Source: Balanoglossus misakiensis (lineage: Eukaryota > Animalia > Hemichordata). Taken from it: 64,000 nucleotides of DNA. Under the pieces are notes generated by a model, which was not told where the DNA came from, did not search any database, and saw nothing but the letters and a program-made list of their open reading frames with translations. The stretch spans positions 930,001 to 994,000 of the forward strand of contig CM082590.2 in assembly GCA_040954595.2 (NCBI GenBank). The letters run 5' to 3'. A program made the translations under genes and the position numbers. This document shows positions 11,383-22,961 of the stretch, piece by piece (the stretch's first letter is position 1; every line of letters begins with the position of its first letter).

Positions 11383-14095
11383 GGAAAAGAAAAGAAAGAA
11401 AGACAGAAAAACCCCTCTGAAACCAATAGGGGTCCAAGCGCTGCAGGCGCTTGGACCCCTAAAATTCCAACAAAACCAATACGGGCCCAAGCCTGGCTTG
11501 GCTTGGGCCCGTAAAGAACGACTGAAAAATTCCAACGAAACCAATAGGGGTTCAATAGCTGCAAGCAGCGATGACAGGCCCAAGCTTAAGCCAAAGGTCA
11601 AAGGTCACATGTGGTCACCCACATTTTGGCAAGAAATATTGATCGAATACTGGTCCATGTCCAACAAGAACAAAACCTCTAGCCATATTAGAATTAGGTA
11701 TGCACGTAATTAATGAGTAAAGCAGTTGTTACAGGTGAGCCCAACATTTTGCCTTTTATTTTGGTCCCATTCTGCTCACAGGCCAATAGCATTCACAGTA
11801 CAGGACCATTGCACAGACGTGGACAGCGTCATAGCTTAACTATAGAAAGTATAGGCCCATGGCTGGGTCCAAAAATATTAAAAAACCAATAATATTTAAA
11901 AGTCTTCTCCTATAAATAGACTGGGCCCACGGCCTTGACATTTGTCATGTAAGACACTGATCACATGGTCTGCAAAAGTTGCTAAAAGAATTTCGATATC
12001 TCCATTCATATGCAAATTAGGCCCATTTGAAAACTTTGCCCATATATGGTTATCAGGTCACATAGTTAAACATTCACAAGGGTACTGCACCAGGCCTGAA
12101 CCATTGTGCCAAGTTTGAGATTTGTAGGTTCAGCCGTTTTCAAGATCCTATTGGCCGAAAAAATACTACACAAGAAGAAGCAGAAGTAGAAGAATAACCC
12201 CAGTAAAACCAATAGGGCCTAATGTTCTTTGCAAACTTGATAGACATCAGTTAGGTGACCACATGCCCCAAACCCCATGTCTCGGTTATCACCGGTTCTG
12301 GAGAAGAAGATTTTTGAAATTTTAACCAGATTTCAGAAAAAACAACTGCACGCAAAATCTAAAGTCTTATGTTTTCTGTGATCTGAGATTTGCATTTTTT
12401 CTGAAAATCCAATATGGCTGCCATGTCACATGACGTATTAAAAATTCAAGGTTTCAATACACTCAAGACTACTCATTAACCTTGACCACTGTAGCAAGTT
12501 TGAGAAGTGTACCTGCAGTAGTTTCCGATATTTAGTTTGCCGAAGAAATGAAGATAAAGAAAGAATTGAAGCTGCAAGCAGCATTGTCGGGCCCAAGCCC
12601 TGATCTGGAATTATATATGCACATTATGAATGGGAAGAAACATTTTGCTATATCAGGTATTTTATCTCATGTGGTAACAGGGTCGTATGTATTTTTGGTG
12701 CTGATATAGAGTACAGTAGGTCAAAGGTCACCTGAAGTCACCCAACATTTTGGCAAACATTTTTGATACCATATTGGACCATGTTCAACGAAAACCAAAA
12801 CTCTATGTCTATTTATTCATCTGTAATTAGTTATGTGCATATTTAAAGAGTTCAGCAGGTTTCACAGGTGACCCAAATATTTGGTTTTATATTTTGGTCC
12901 CATCCTGCGAAATGCCAAGGCTGTATGTGCTCCGGATGCCGAGATCTTTAAAAGTAGGTCAGAGGTCACCTGAGGTCACCCAATATTTGGGAGAAAAAAA
13001 AATTACTCCATACTGGTCTATGTCCAACAAAAAGCAAAACTCTAACTCTATTGGTTCGCCTGTAATTAGCTATGCACATAAGTAAAGACGTCAGCAGAGG
13101 TCGAAGGGGTCCTGAAAAGTAGGAAAATATTTTAATCACACTCTAATCCACATGCATTAAAAACCAAACATCTAGCCCAATAGGTTAGCCTGGAAATATT
13201 TAGGCAGACATAATGATATGTGAAAAGTAGGTCAGAAGTCATGTGAAAATTGCCAAAAATTTGTAACATATTTTAGGCATATGACGATTGATATCCATAA
13301 AAAGAATTTGTATGCTATCAATATTTAGTCTAGAAAAAGGAATTTCAATTTTTCACTGCTTCTTACAAAATCCAATATGGCCGCCATAATCTTCGACAAA
13401 TCACAATGCTCTTCGCAAACTTGATAGACATCAGTTTGGTGATCTTGCGACGCAGTTATCGGCGATTGTGAAGAAGATTTTTGAAATTTTTCTCTGATTT
13501 TTCTAAAATCCAATATGGCCGCAAAAATCTTCGACCAATCACAACGCTCTTTATCAAACTTAATAGACATCAGTTAGATGACCGCATACCCCGAACCCCG
13601 TGACTTGGTTATCGCCGGTTCTTGAGAAGATTTTTGAAATTTAAGCCAGATTTCAGAAAAAAATTGTAGCAAAAAACTGTAACATTGACAGCAAAGTATC
13701 CAATTACAAAAATGATGTGCAGAAGGTAGTCTATCAGCATGCCAAATTTGAAGTCGATCTGACTAGTAGTTTCTGAGATCTGAGATTTTCATTTTTTCAG
13801 AAAATCCAATATGGCCACCAGGTCACGTGACTAATTAAAAATTCAAGGGTTCAATGCACATCTACGCATTGACCTTGATCACTGTAGGAAGTTTGAGAAG
13901 TGTACTTGCAGCTGTGTCTGATGAGATCTAGAGCGACAAAGAATTGACACAAGAATAAAGAAAGAAAGAAAGACAGAAAAACCCCAACAAAACCAATAGC
14001 ATGGGTACGCTTGGGCTCTAAAAAAGCCAGTAATACCAATAATGGCCCAAGCCTGCTTGGGCTCTAAAATAGCCAGTAATACTTGGCCCTAAAAC
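11383..14095. mobile_element. Cluster of fragments of a non-autonomous Helentron/HINE-like repeat family
   Basis: Recurrent modules AGCTGCAAGCAGC..GGCCCAAGC, GGTCAAAGGTCACC, GGTTCTGGAGAAGAAGATTTT, CCAATATGGC, (GAAA)n and AAACCAATA+hairpin. Related copies lie at ~25530-26690 and ~52030. The family assignment is inference. Confidence 0.55.
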
Positions 14096-14479
14096 AACAT
14101 GATTTCAAGAGGGTTTTACTTTTGCCACTCCACTCAAAGTTAGCATTGGTGGGAGTGGGTCAACTGGCAAGTACTCTTCCCTGGTAAACTAGACAAACCA
14201 GTAAATAAATGAAATGTGGCGGAGAATGAAGGGCTGGTTGTAGGGGTGTGTCCCTCTCCCACATTACAAACTTTTGTAAAATACCGTGAAGCTTAGGAAT
14301 AGCTTTCTGATTTGCTATCAACATGGATCGTCTTATTGTTGAGTTCAGTTTTGGGCTAAATGTGCCAAATTTTGGCAACTCTGTCTTTCAACATCTACAA
14401 TTCAATTGATATTATATGGTTATGACATTTTATATATACATATACAACATCAGAACTCAAAAGGCAAAAACATCAATTA

Positions 14480-15925
14480 TATTTCTTTTCTGAAAATGAC
14501 TATTGTTGACCAAAAGATGGCAAATTGGCAATTTTGTACTAAGCGGGGTGTCTCAATAAGACCGTTGTGCTGGTATCAGCATATTTTTTTGCCAAAAGAC
14601 AGGAATTTCCATAATCACAAGAGCTCTGAAAATGAAGAAATAAGTTTGTTTTTATTTTTTCTCACAGTTACTATTTTGAGCAAAGAGGCCAAAATGGTAC
14701 TTTTTCCCTCTGTGGGGTCAGTAAGAGTGGGGGTTTTAAATGTCACTACTTTCAAGATAAAATATACTTTTATTTATCACCAATGGGAAGAAAATGGCAT
14801 ATTTTTAGTATTTTGTAGAAATGCCACTTTTTGGGCAAAAACTTGTCAAAAAGTTGCTTTTATCTTTAGCGTCATCAATAAAACTGCTTTTTTGGAAATT
14901 TGTCACATAGAGTGGGCATATAATACATTATCAGATCTCCGAAAGTGAAGAAAATATGTAAGCTTTGGGTGTTTACTACAAATGACGTTTTGGGCAAAAA
15001 GAGTCAAAAATGGCAATTTTGTCTTGAGTAAGGTCAATAAGACTGCAATTTCTGGAATCAGCACCATTTTTTACATAGAAGGGACATTTCATATATCACA
15101 TGATCTTTGAACTTTATGAAGAAAAGTCTGTTTTTATTTTGTTTTCTTCTAAAAATGGCCTTTTTGGGCAAAATATTTCCAAAAGGGCATTTTTGCATTA
15201 GGTTGGTTCAATAAAACTTTTCTTTTTTGAATAATCACCAAATTTTACATAGGGTGGGCATATAATACATAATCAGATCTCCGAAAGTGAAGAAAATATA
15301 TAAGTTTTGATTTTTTTTCTAAAATTGACGTTTTTGGGCAAAAAGTGGCAAAAATGGCATTTTTCTTGAGTAGGGTGAATTAGACTGCTATTTCTGGAAT
15401 CAGCACAATTTTTTACATAGAATGACCATTTCGATATATCAAATGATCTTTGAATATGAAGAAAACACTGTAAAAATGACCTTTTTTAACCTTAAAAATG
15501 GCCCAAAATGGCATTTTGTATTGATTGAGGTCAAAAAACTGCTTTACTTTTTAGAGTCACCACTTTTAACATAGAATTGACTTTCCATATATTCCCAGAT
15601 AAATCATTATGAAGAAAACCATGTGTTTTAATTTTTTTCTAAAATGACGTTTTTTGGGGCAAAGAATGGTCGAAAAGACAATTCTGTGTTGTTTTGGGTC
15701 AATCTGACTGCTTTTTTCGTATTATTCACTAAATTTTACATAGAATAAACATATCTTATGTCATCAAATCTCAGAGTGTGACGACAACAGTTTTTAGTGT
15801 TTTCTAAAAATGACCTTTTTGGGTTAAATAGGCCAAAATGGCAATTTTGTCTTGAGTGGGGTCAATAAGAGTGACTTTTTTTGAATCATCACCATTTTTT
15901 ACATAGTCTGGACTTCTCAAACCTT
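14480..15925. repeat. Degenerate ~165-bp AT-rich satellite, ~9 copies
   Basis: GGTCAATAA-like anchor at ~14550, 14716, 14872, 15032, 15206, 15373, 15529, 15697 and 15860. Confidence 0.75.
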
Positions 15926-16389
15926 CCTTACCAAAAATTCGGATTAACGGCACCTATCTCCGAGGGTTTACCCCGCACCAGGGTTTAACGAACCAATATG
16001 AATGCAAAACCTGACTTATAGATATAACACATGATTTTGAGATACATAGATCAGATTTTATTTCAGAGGAGGTATTTGGCGGCCATTTTTGATTATGCAA
16101 ATTAGATTAATGGCACTGCGTTACCACATTGGCAAATAAGCTGAAATTGTTCATGGGGCCTATATCAATTCAAAGGAAAGAAGATTTCTAGGTTCACCAT
16201 TAAGCACAAAAGACTGTCAACACGACTACAGACAGTCTGAACGAACACAAGACAAGTCCCCATTTGCAAGCTGAGATGAAACTGATTGCTGGGGTAACTT
16301 AGCTCTGGGGATGTCCTGTGTGTTTTCAAACAATTGATGACGAAATTGAACACAGTCTTAAATGGCAAGCCAAGTGTTGACAATTCATT

Positions 16390-16578
16390 AAAACCATGTT
16401 TGTTTTCATGAAATCCATGTTTGTGTTCTTGAAAATCATTATTGTTTTCATGAAATCCATGTTTGTGTTCTTGAAAATCATTCTTGTTTTCATGAAATCC
16501 ATGTTTGTGTTCTTGAAAATCATTATTGTGTTCATGAAATCCATTTTTGTGTTTATGAAAACCATTTTTATGTTCATA
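16390..16578. repeat. Minisatellite, 21/42-bp unit (CCATGTTTGTKTTCWTGAAA)
   Basis: Direct reading; produces the periodic spurious ORFs 16326-16577 and 16396-16596. Confidence 0.9.
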
Positions 16579-17990
16579 ACCTTTGTTGAATACTAGATGG
16601 CGCTCTGCAATTCTCTTTGCCTGTCATGCATAGTGGTGGCGCGACGCCTTATTTCCAAGAGGAGGGGGTCACAGGGACCCCAGCATTCTGAGGACTAGCG
16701 TCTGTATTATAATGAAAACTGGGCTTATTTCTTTGAAATGTTACCAATCCTTTATTGAAGTTAATCATGTATATCCTGTGTCCAATCAACAGATAAACAC
16801 AATTTGAGATTGACTTCAAGGGGATACCAGTTAGATCACAATTCCCAGCAATGGGTATAGGGCTTTGTTGTGTCAGTGGCATGGCTGGGCATTGGCAACG
16901 TGGATAACATAAGGGTAGATATTACTAATACCGAACCAGGAGCACAACAAGAGGCAATAATGCTGAGTAATTACAGAGGAACACATACATTTAGAAAATG
17001 TAGCACAAACATGAAAACTGTAATTATAAGTAACCCTCTGTATAGTAGCATAGTCTGAATTTTATCTATAAATACATGTAAATATTTAGCCCCATTGTTT
17101 ATGCGATAAAGGGGATGGGGATTTTTGGAGAGAAAAATGCTGGCTTATGGTGTGGAGTAAAAAAAATCAAACGTACATTGTCACAAAAGATGGTGAATCT
17201 CATTCTTTTTTTTAGCATTTTTGTCATTTAAATCGACGCTACACAGAGGCTTAAATATTCACAAAAAGTGAGCAGGTCATCTGCTTTTTGCTGGCATTCA
17301 TCAACAAATTTAAATTTTGTGTTTAGAGTGATACACAAATGATACACAAATCCTTCACCCCCTCCAGAAATTAAAATCAATGACTCTTCCAGTAGTGTTA
17401 CTGTTTGGGATATTCATTGCAATGCAATTGAATTGCATTGATTGTGGGGCTTTTTTAAGATAACAGGGTGATCTATTACTGTCACACTGTAGACGAGGTC
17501 TCGTGCATATGCTACATTTTCTTAGGTACATGTACTTCCACAGCACTTGATTATCATGATGCAGTGCTGGTTCCGTTGTGTCCCATCAACGAGTCATAAG
17601 GGACTGTTCAGTTTTTTTATGGCTGGGGAGAGTCAGCAAGTTGGTGTCATCGGCTTTCAAAATCAGGCAGACCCCCCTTCCCCTTCACCCAGGACAAAAA
17701 ATGATGACCTCCCGTTTGACAGGCAAGAAAATAGGATGAACTCCCTGAAAACATTACACAACTACTTGTGGAGTAAAACAGCTGTTTCCAAGAGCATGCT
17801 CGCCATCCTGATCTTATGTGTACTGTATGCAATAAAGGGAAAGAATTTGCCCACACCTCCTCACTCAAAAAAATCTTAAAGAAATTTACAATTCAGGTAT
17901 ACAAAAGTACATTATGGTGTTGTAATAAAAAAATCTAAGAATAAATCAAAATGATAGGTCAATACAATGGTTGGTAGAATTGGTAAAACA

Positions 17991-18576
17991 AACAAGTGAC
18001 CTAACGGTCAAAAGAGCTCTGCTGACTTTAACAGTGTAACCTGGGCAATGTTATGAATACCCTAGGTTTTAATTCATAACAATTGTATTCTATTGAACAA
18101 AACCAAACATAGACATCACAAGTATTTATCCAAATTCAGCTTGATTCATTGTGCTAAAGAAAGAAAGAATTGAATCCTAAAGAACAACATCAAAAGAAAG
18201 CACCAATGTTCTAATTTGCATATTCATGACCCCAACAAAATTCCAATTAACAAAATCAAGTAGGGGCACCATAACACACATTCCTACCAAATTTCAGCTC
18301 CATTGTACATGTAATTGTGGAGAAGAAGATTGTTACCAAAACTTCTATTTTAGATCTAATTTGCATATTCATGACCCCATCAAATCCAAATTAACAAAAT
18401 CAGTTAAGGGCAACATAACACACATTCCAACCAAATTTCAGCTAAATATGCTAAGTTGTTTTAAAGAAGAAGATTGAAATACCAAAAGTTGACGGACGAC
18501 GGAGGGACGGACGAAGGACAGACACTTATCAACATACTGCTACAGCTTGGCTGACACAAGTGACAGCAGAGCTTAA
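17991..18576 (+). mobile_element. HINE/Helentron-like non-autonomous element (mirror copy 62558-63162)
   Basis: AACAAG end, small hairpin GACC-TAAC-GGTC, subterminal IR AGCTCTGCTG/CAGCAGAGCT, internal ~150-bp duplication, (GACG)n microsatellite. Confidence 0.65.
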
Positions 18577-19402
18577 CAAGTGAAAAATGTGTGGGGGCGT
18601 GGGTGTAAAATACGGACCTCAAAGTTGCATTTTAATTTACTCAAAAACAAATCAACTCAATATACGCACTCAAATTTAAGCATCCGTAGGGATGGGGGGG
18701 GGGGGGGGTAGCAAGTACTCTGCTATGATTCACTTGATAAACCACCAATAAATGAAATGTTGCAAAGAATAGAGGTGGTTATAGAAAATTTTGTAAACTA
18801 AAGGGCTCGAAACTGCATTTTTGTGGACTGAAAACCAACCTTTGGGGGGCAAAAGCATGTGACCCCCTCAATATCTCAAAAAAGATGACCCCCCCCTTTT
18901 GATATCAAAATTTATGTGACCTCCTGGATTTTGCTGCCCATCCCCGCCGTAAAAACTGAACAGTCCCTCAGCACAGGCTCTGCTGCAGTAAGAGATGCAT
19001 GAGGCTAGAATAATATATCAATTGCACCAGATAATTGGTTTAGTAGAGTGGTTTGCCACAATAACCCACATGCTGCGGTGATGTAGCCGAAAGACTCCCC
19101 TTGTTATGGATGTCCAAAACAAAATTCGTCAAGGAGAGTCATGGGACTATAAAACTAAGCCTGTAGTGGTACAGTAACAATTCCTTTACAAGTGCATTTT
19201 TACTCTAGCCGCTATTAACAATCCTGAATTTTCACTCAAATGCTTTATCCATTTTCGGATAATTCTCAGTTTTGGCTTAATTATGTTTACTGATTAAAGA
19301 CAAATGCAATTGATCAACCTCAAAATGAAATGTGTGACATTTTGTAACAATAAATCTGAATCTGAATCCGGAAGCAACTCTGACTCAGCATTGTCTGCTT
19401 TA

Positions 19403-19616
19403 AATATTGCGGATCGCCATCTAGTGCTGAAAAAGTGTATACTTTGAATATTGCAGAGCGCCATCTAGTGCTGAAAAAGTGTATACTTTGAATATTGCAG
19501 AGCGCCATCTACAGTTGAACAAGTGTATGCTTTAGATATTGCGGATCGCCATCTAGTGCTGAAAAAGTGTATACTTTGAATATTGCAGAGCGCCATCTAG
19601 TGCTGAAAAAGTGTAT
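19403..19616. repeat. 44-bp tandem repeat x5 (x2 in right arm, ~61636-61716)
   Basis: AATATTGCAGAGCGCCATCTAGTGCTGAAAAAGTGTATACTTTG at 19403, 19447, 19491, 19535 and 19579. Confidence 0.9.
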
Positions 19617-20041
19617 GAACAAAAAATTGTTTTCATGAACTTGGCTTGCCATAGTTTTGCTGAGGTAAACATTTGTGATTCATGACTAAGATTGTTTAAA
19701 GGGAAGGGGTCCTTGCGCCGCGTGGGGGTCCCCCTTGATGAGAATATGTCCTCCCATACCAGGACAAACCTCACTGCAGTCGCCACGACCTACTGTAGGA
19801 TCTTCAGTTGCTGTCATACCCAGTCTTTGCTATGGTTGGCTTCATTCTAAGAATTGTCTAATTTCAGGGATTTGTGAATGAATTGTAATGTTTATAAACA
19901 AACGCGGCGCGATGACCCCTGCACTTTAAGATCCATAAAACACAAATTCTACCCAATGAATGAATTTCCTTAGAATTTCACAGCTGTGACACGTCTTGCA
20001 GTTATACAAAAAAAAATATTTTTCAGATGGCAATGCATTTG

Positions 20042-21136
20042 CAACAACGGCTTCTAAACTGTTAAGGAGAGGGTTTGTTTAAACCATTTTATGGATTTCT
20101 CTCTTCTATGAATCATTAATTTTATTTTAAACCAGAAAATGCTAATGACATGGCCATTTTTGTATTGAAGGAAATTCTGAGTTATTATAAACATCATAAC
20201 ACGAATGTTTTTGTTACTTTTATGAACGCCTCAAAAGTGTTTGACTATGTTTTTCACGATGTTCTTTTTCAGAAAATGATGACAAGTGGGGTTAAGCCTT
20301 ACTTAATTGGAATTTTGTTCTATTTGTAAACATTTCAAGTTGTTGTTAAATGGAGAACAGCTCTATACTGCACCATTCCAGTCTAAAAGCGATGTTAAAC
20401 AGGGCAGAATTACGATATAGTTATTTTCTCTACTGGAGGCTACGGTCACCAAATGTTAGTTAATTGCTAAGGTCGTTATGGCAGTATAAACTTTATATTT
20501 TACAACAAGAAAAAGACAATGTGTATGCTAATTCAACCTGGTGTTAGGTAACTTAAAGCAGTTCCAATTTGTATGAATGGTAGACTACTGACTTATGGTA
20601 ATGTTTGCAAATATGTTGGACATTTAATATCTTGTAACCTTAAAGATAATGAGGATATTCAAGCTCAGACTCGTTTTTTATATGCTTAGGATTAACGCTA
20701 TCATTCATGATTTAAAATTTGCATTCATATCAGTCAAGCGTCATTCATTTTCTGTTTTTGTGATATTATGTTCAGTTCTTATTTGTGGTGTAATTTTTCT
20801 ATGAAAATGTTTGATACCGCTAAAACAGCTTATCCTCAGATTTTTCATAAATTAACGGGTTTCAAATTTAGTTCAAAGTAATACTTTATTGCTTGATAAT
20901 CTACATGTTTTAACTTTTGATGCGATACTTAGGAAAAAGTCAAATAGTTTTCAGAGCAGGTTTCATCTTTCTAGTAATTTTATTGTGTCTTCTGTACTGT
21001 CAAGTCTATTTTTTCAAACAGTTTATTATGGAACGTTTGGTGTCAAAGACTATTTTAACTCGTATTAGTTTTTTTTTCTAATTTTTTTATCTTCTATGGA
21101 TTATTTTATATCCGAAATAAACATTAATAATAAATT
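20042..21136 (+). mobile_element. 5'-truncated, decayed non-LTR retrotransposon (RTEX-like RT remnant)
   Basis: Translates to DMAIFVLKEILSYY..VFVTFMNASKVFD..DVKQG. Ends AATAAA+(TAA)n. ATTTG TSD at 20037-20041/21137-21141, supported by an empty paralogous site at 28630-28650. Confidence 0.75.
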
Positions 21137-22230
21137 ATTTGACTGTAAACAAATACTGACGTCCATTCATAACGCTATTTTGTCAGTGAAATGGCTTCAT
21201 CATTATCCCTCCAACTAAAGTTGAAACAGAGTTAAATATGCACCATTTGAAATCATAAAATGTTGCAAAATTGAACCAAAAGTTAGGTCAACGGTCAAGT
21301 TCTTACAGCTATTATTAGAACCAGACAGTCTCAGGGAACAAGAGACATGGGCCTGATTTGCAAACCGAATTGGAACTGACTTTGCCTGCCAACGAATGTG
21401 ACAATTTCAGTGAATCTTATCGTATTAAAAATGAATACGGAGAACTGTTCTCTGTGTTCCTATTGTTAGCTTTCATAGTTGTCATTCTATTTTTTATTCT
21501 GTACACCTCAATTTCCTTGGCAATGAGCATGCACAATTTATCTGATGCTGCTTACCGGCAGAAGGACTACCATTTGCAGATTTTTATTTCTACGGCACAA
21601 GGAAATTTTATACTTGGCATGCAAATTTAAATTCTGTTAAATTCTTCTGTATGTTCTTTGTTGAGGATTCCAAAGTATTATGACTGATAGTGTTCATACC
21701 TGTATCTCCCAAAAAGTATGCTGTCAGTGTGCGTGTGATTGTGATCAACATCATATTATCAAAATTTGCAGTGTCCCAGTTCAACACAGTTCAGGAGGAT
21801 GGTAAAGCACATTTATGACTTTCAATTCATGATGAAAATGGATCACGGCTGCCATATTTGCATATGATGTGCTATTCATTACATTTATTTGAATAACATA
21901 AAACCTCTGTTGTACAAAAACAGTACTATTATTGTGGAAAACATGATAAAAATATGCAAGAAGTATATCACTCACATTTTGTGTTTTGAAGAAATGGACA
22001 TACTGTTTGGAATATTTTTATCTTTTTTTTAAGTGATACTATATCAGTCTGTTTTGGGAATCTTGACAATGACATATAATGTAGCATGAGGCAAAACGTT
22101 ACAAATGATTAGGTTATAAGATTGCATAATCTATTTAGAAGTAATATGAAAAAAAAACTCTCTCCTAAAACATGTATACAGACATAAAGAGATCTATGTG
22201 CATACAATTTTCAGTGGGGGTCTTCCTTAA

Positions 22231-22961
22231 ACCCCCACCGCTCGGTAGGGCCCTACAAATGGGCATCCCGAGCCCGCCAAAAGCAAACACCGATCCAGCT
22301 AGTTCTTACGTACCTGCGGAACGTGTTGTCAGCAGAATCTATCGTGTCGACACGATTTATCAAGATAGCGGTCACTGAAGAGCAGGAGAAAGCACTGGCA
22401 ATTTTCTCTGCCGAGCTTTCGCTCATCGACCGGCGGGGGCACATAAGTTCACCTGCTGCGACCGCGGGGGTTAATACCGTGCGTGGTATCGGCTACCGGC
22501 GAGTTTGATGCGGGGGACACTGCCGGTCTATCGGAAGCAGCAGCCGTGTGTCCATGAGCACATCGGCTTCCGGAGATTCGGACAACTGTGAATTTTGTTT
22601 TTGTTCGCCATGTGTTACCACACATAGGCAGTCTTGGCTATTCCGTGATTTGCATAATACGTCAATCACGCAAATTCAAACTGAAAATCGTACCGATATA
22701 CCGGTCATATCTCGGGGACAAAATGATTTCATCTTCGGTTTTCGAAAGTATTTTCAAATTGTATTGCACCAGAAACCGCGGATGTCGTGCTAAATAAACT
22801 CATGCACTCCTTTATGAATTTAGAGACAAAAAAAAATCATCGGTAGACCTAAATTTACTGTCTATTATGGACAACGTCCGTTCTGTTGTTAGTGAGTTTG
22901 AATCTCCCACCATTATGAGAAGTCTCACAAAGTCTCGCCTTTTTATACGGGAGTTGGGGGT
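22231..22961. mobile_element. 731-bp non-autonomous TIR element with TTAA TSD, present only in left arm
   Basis: TTAA|ACCCCCA...TGGGGGT|TTAA. The right arm has the empty site (GCAATTAAGGAAG at ~58984-58996). Confidence 0.9.

Noticed and set aside
16326-16596. Periodic Met/Phe/Lys-rich ORFs
   Set aside because: 21-bp minisatellite artefact.
21358-21630. Small membrane-protein gene duplicated in both arms
   Set aside because: TTG start, begins inside a dispersed repeat, hydrophobicity follows from T-rich sequence, and there is no family motif.
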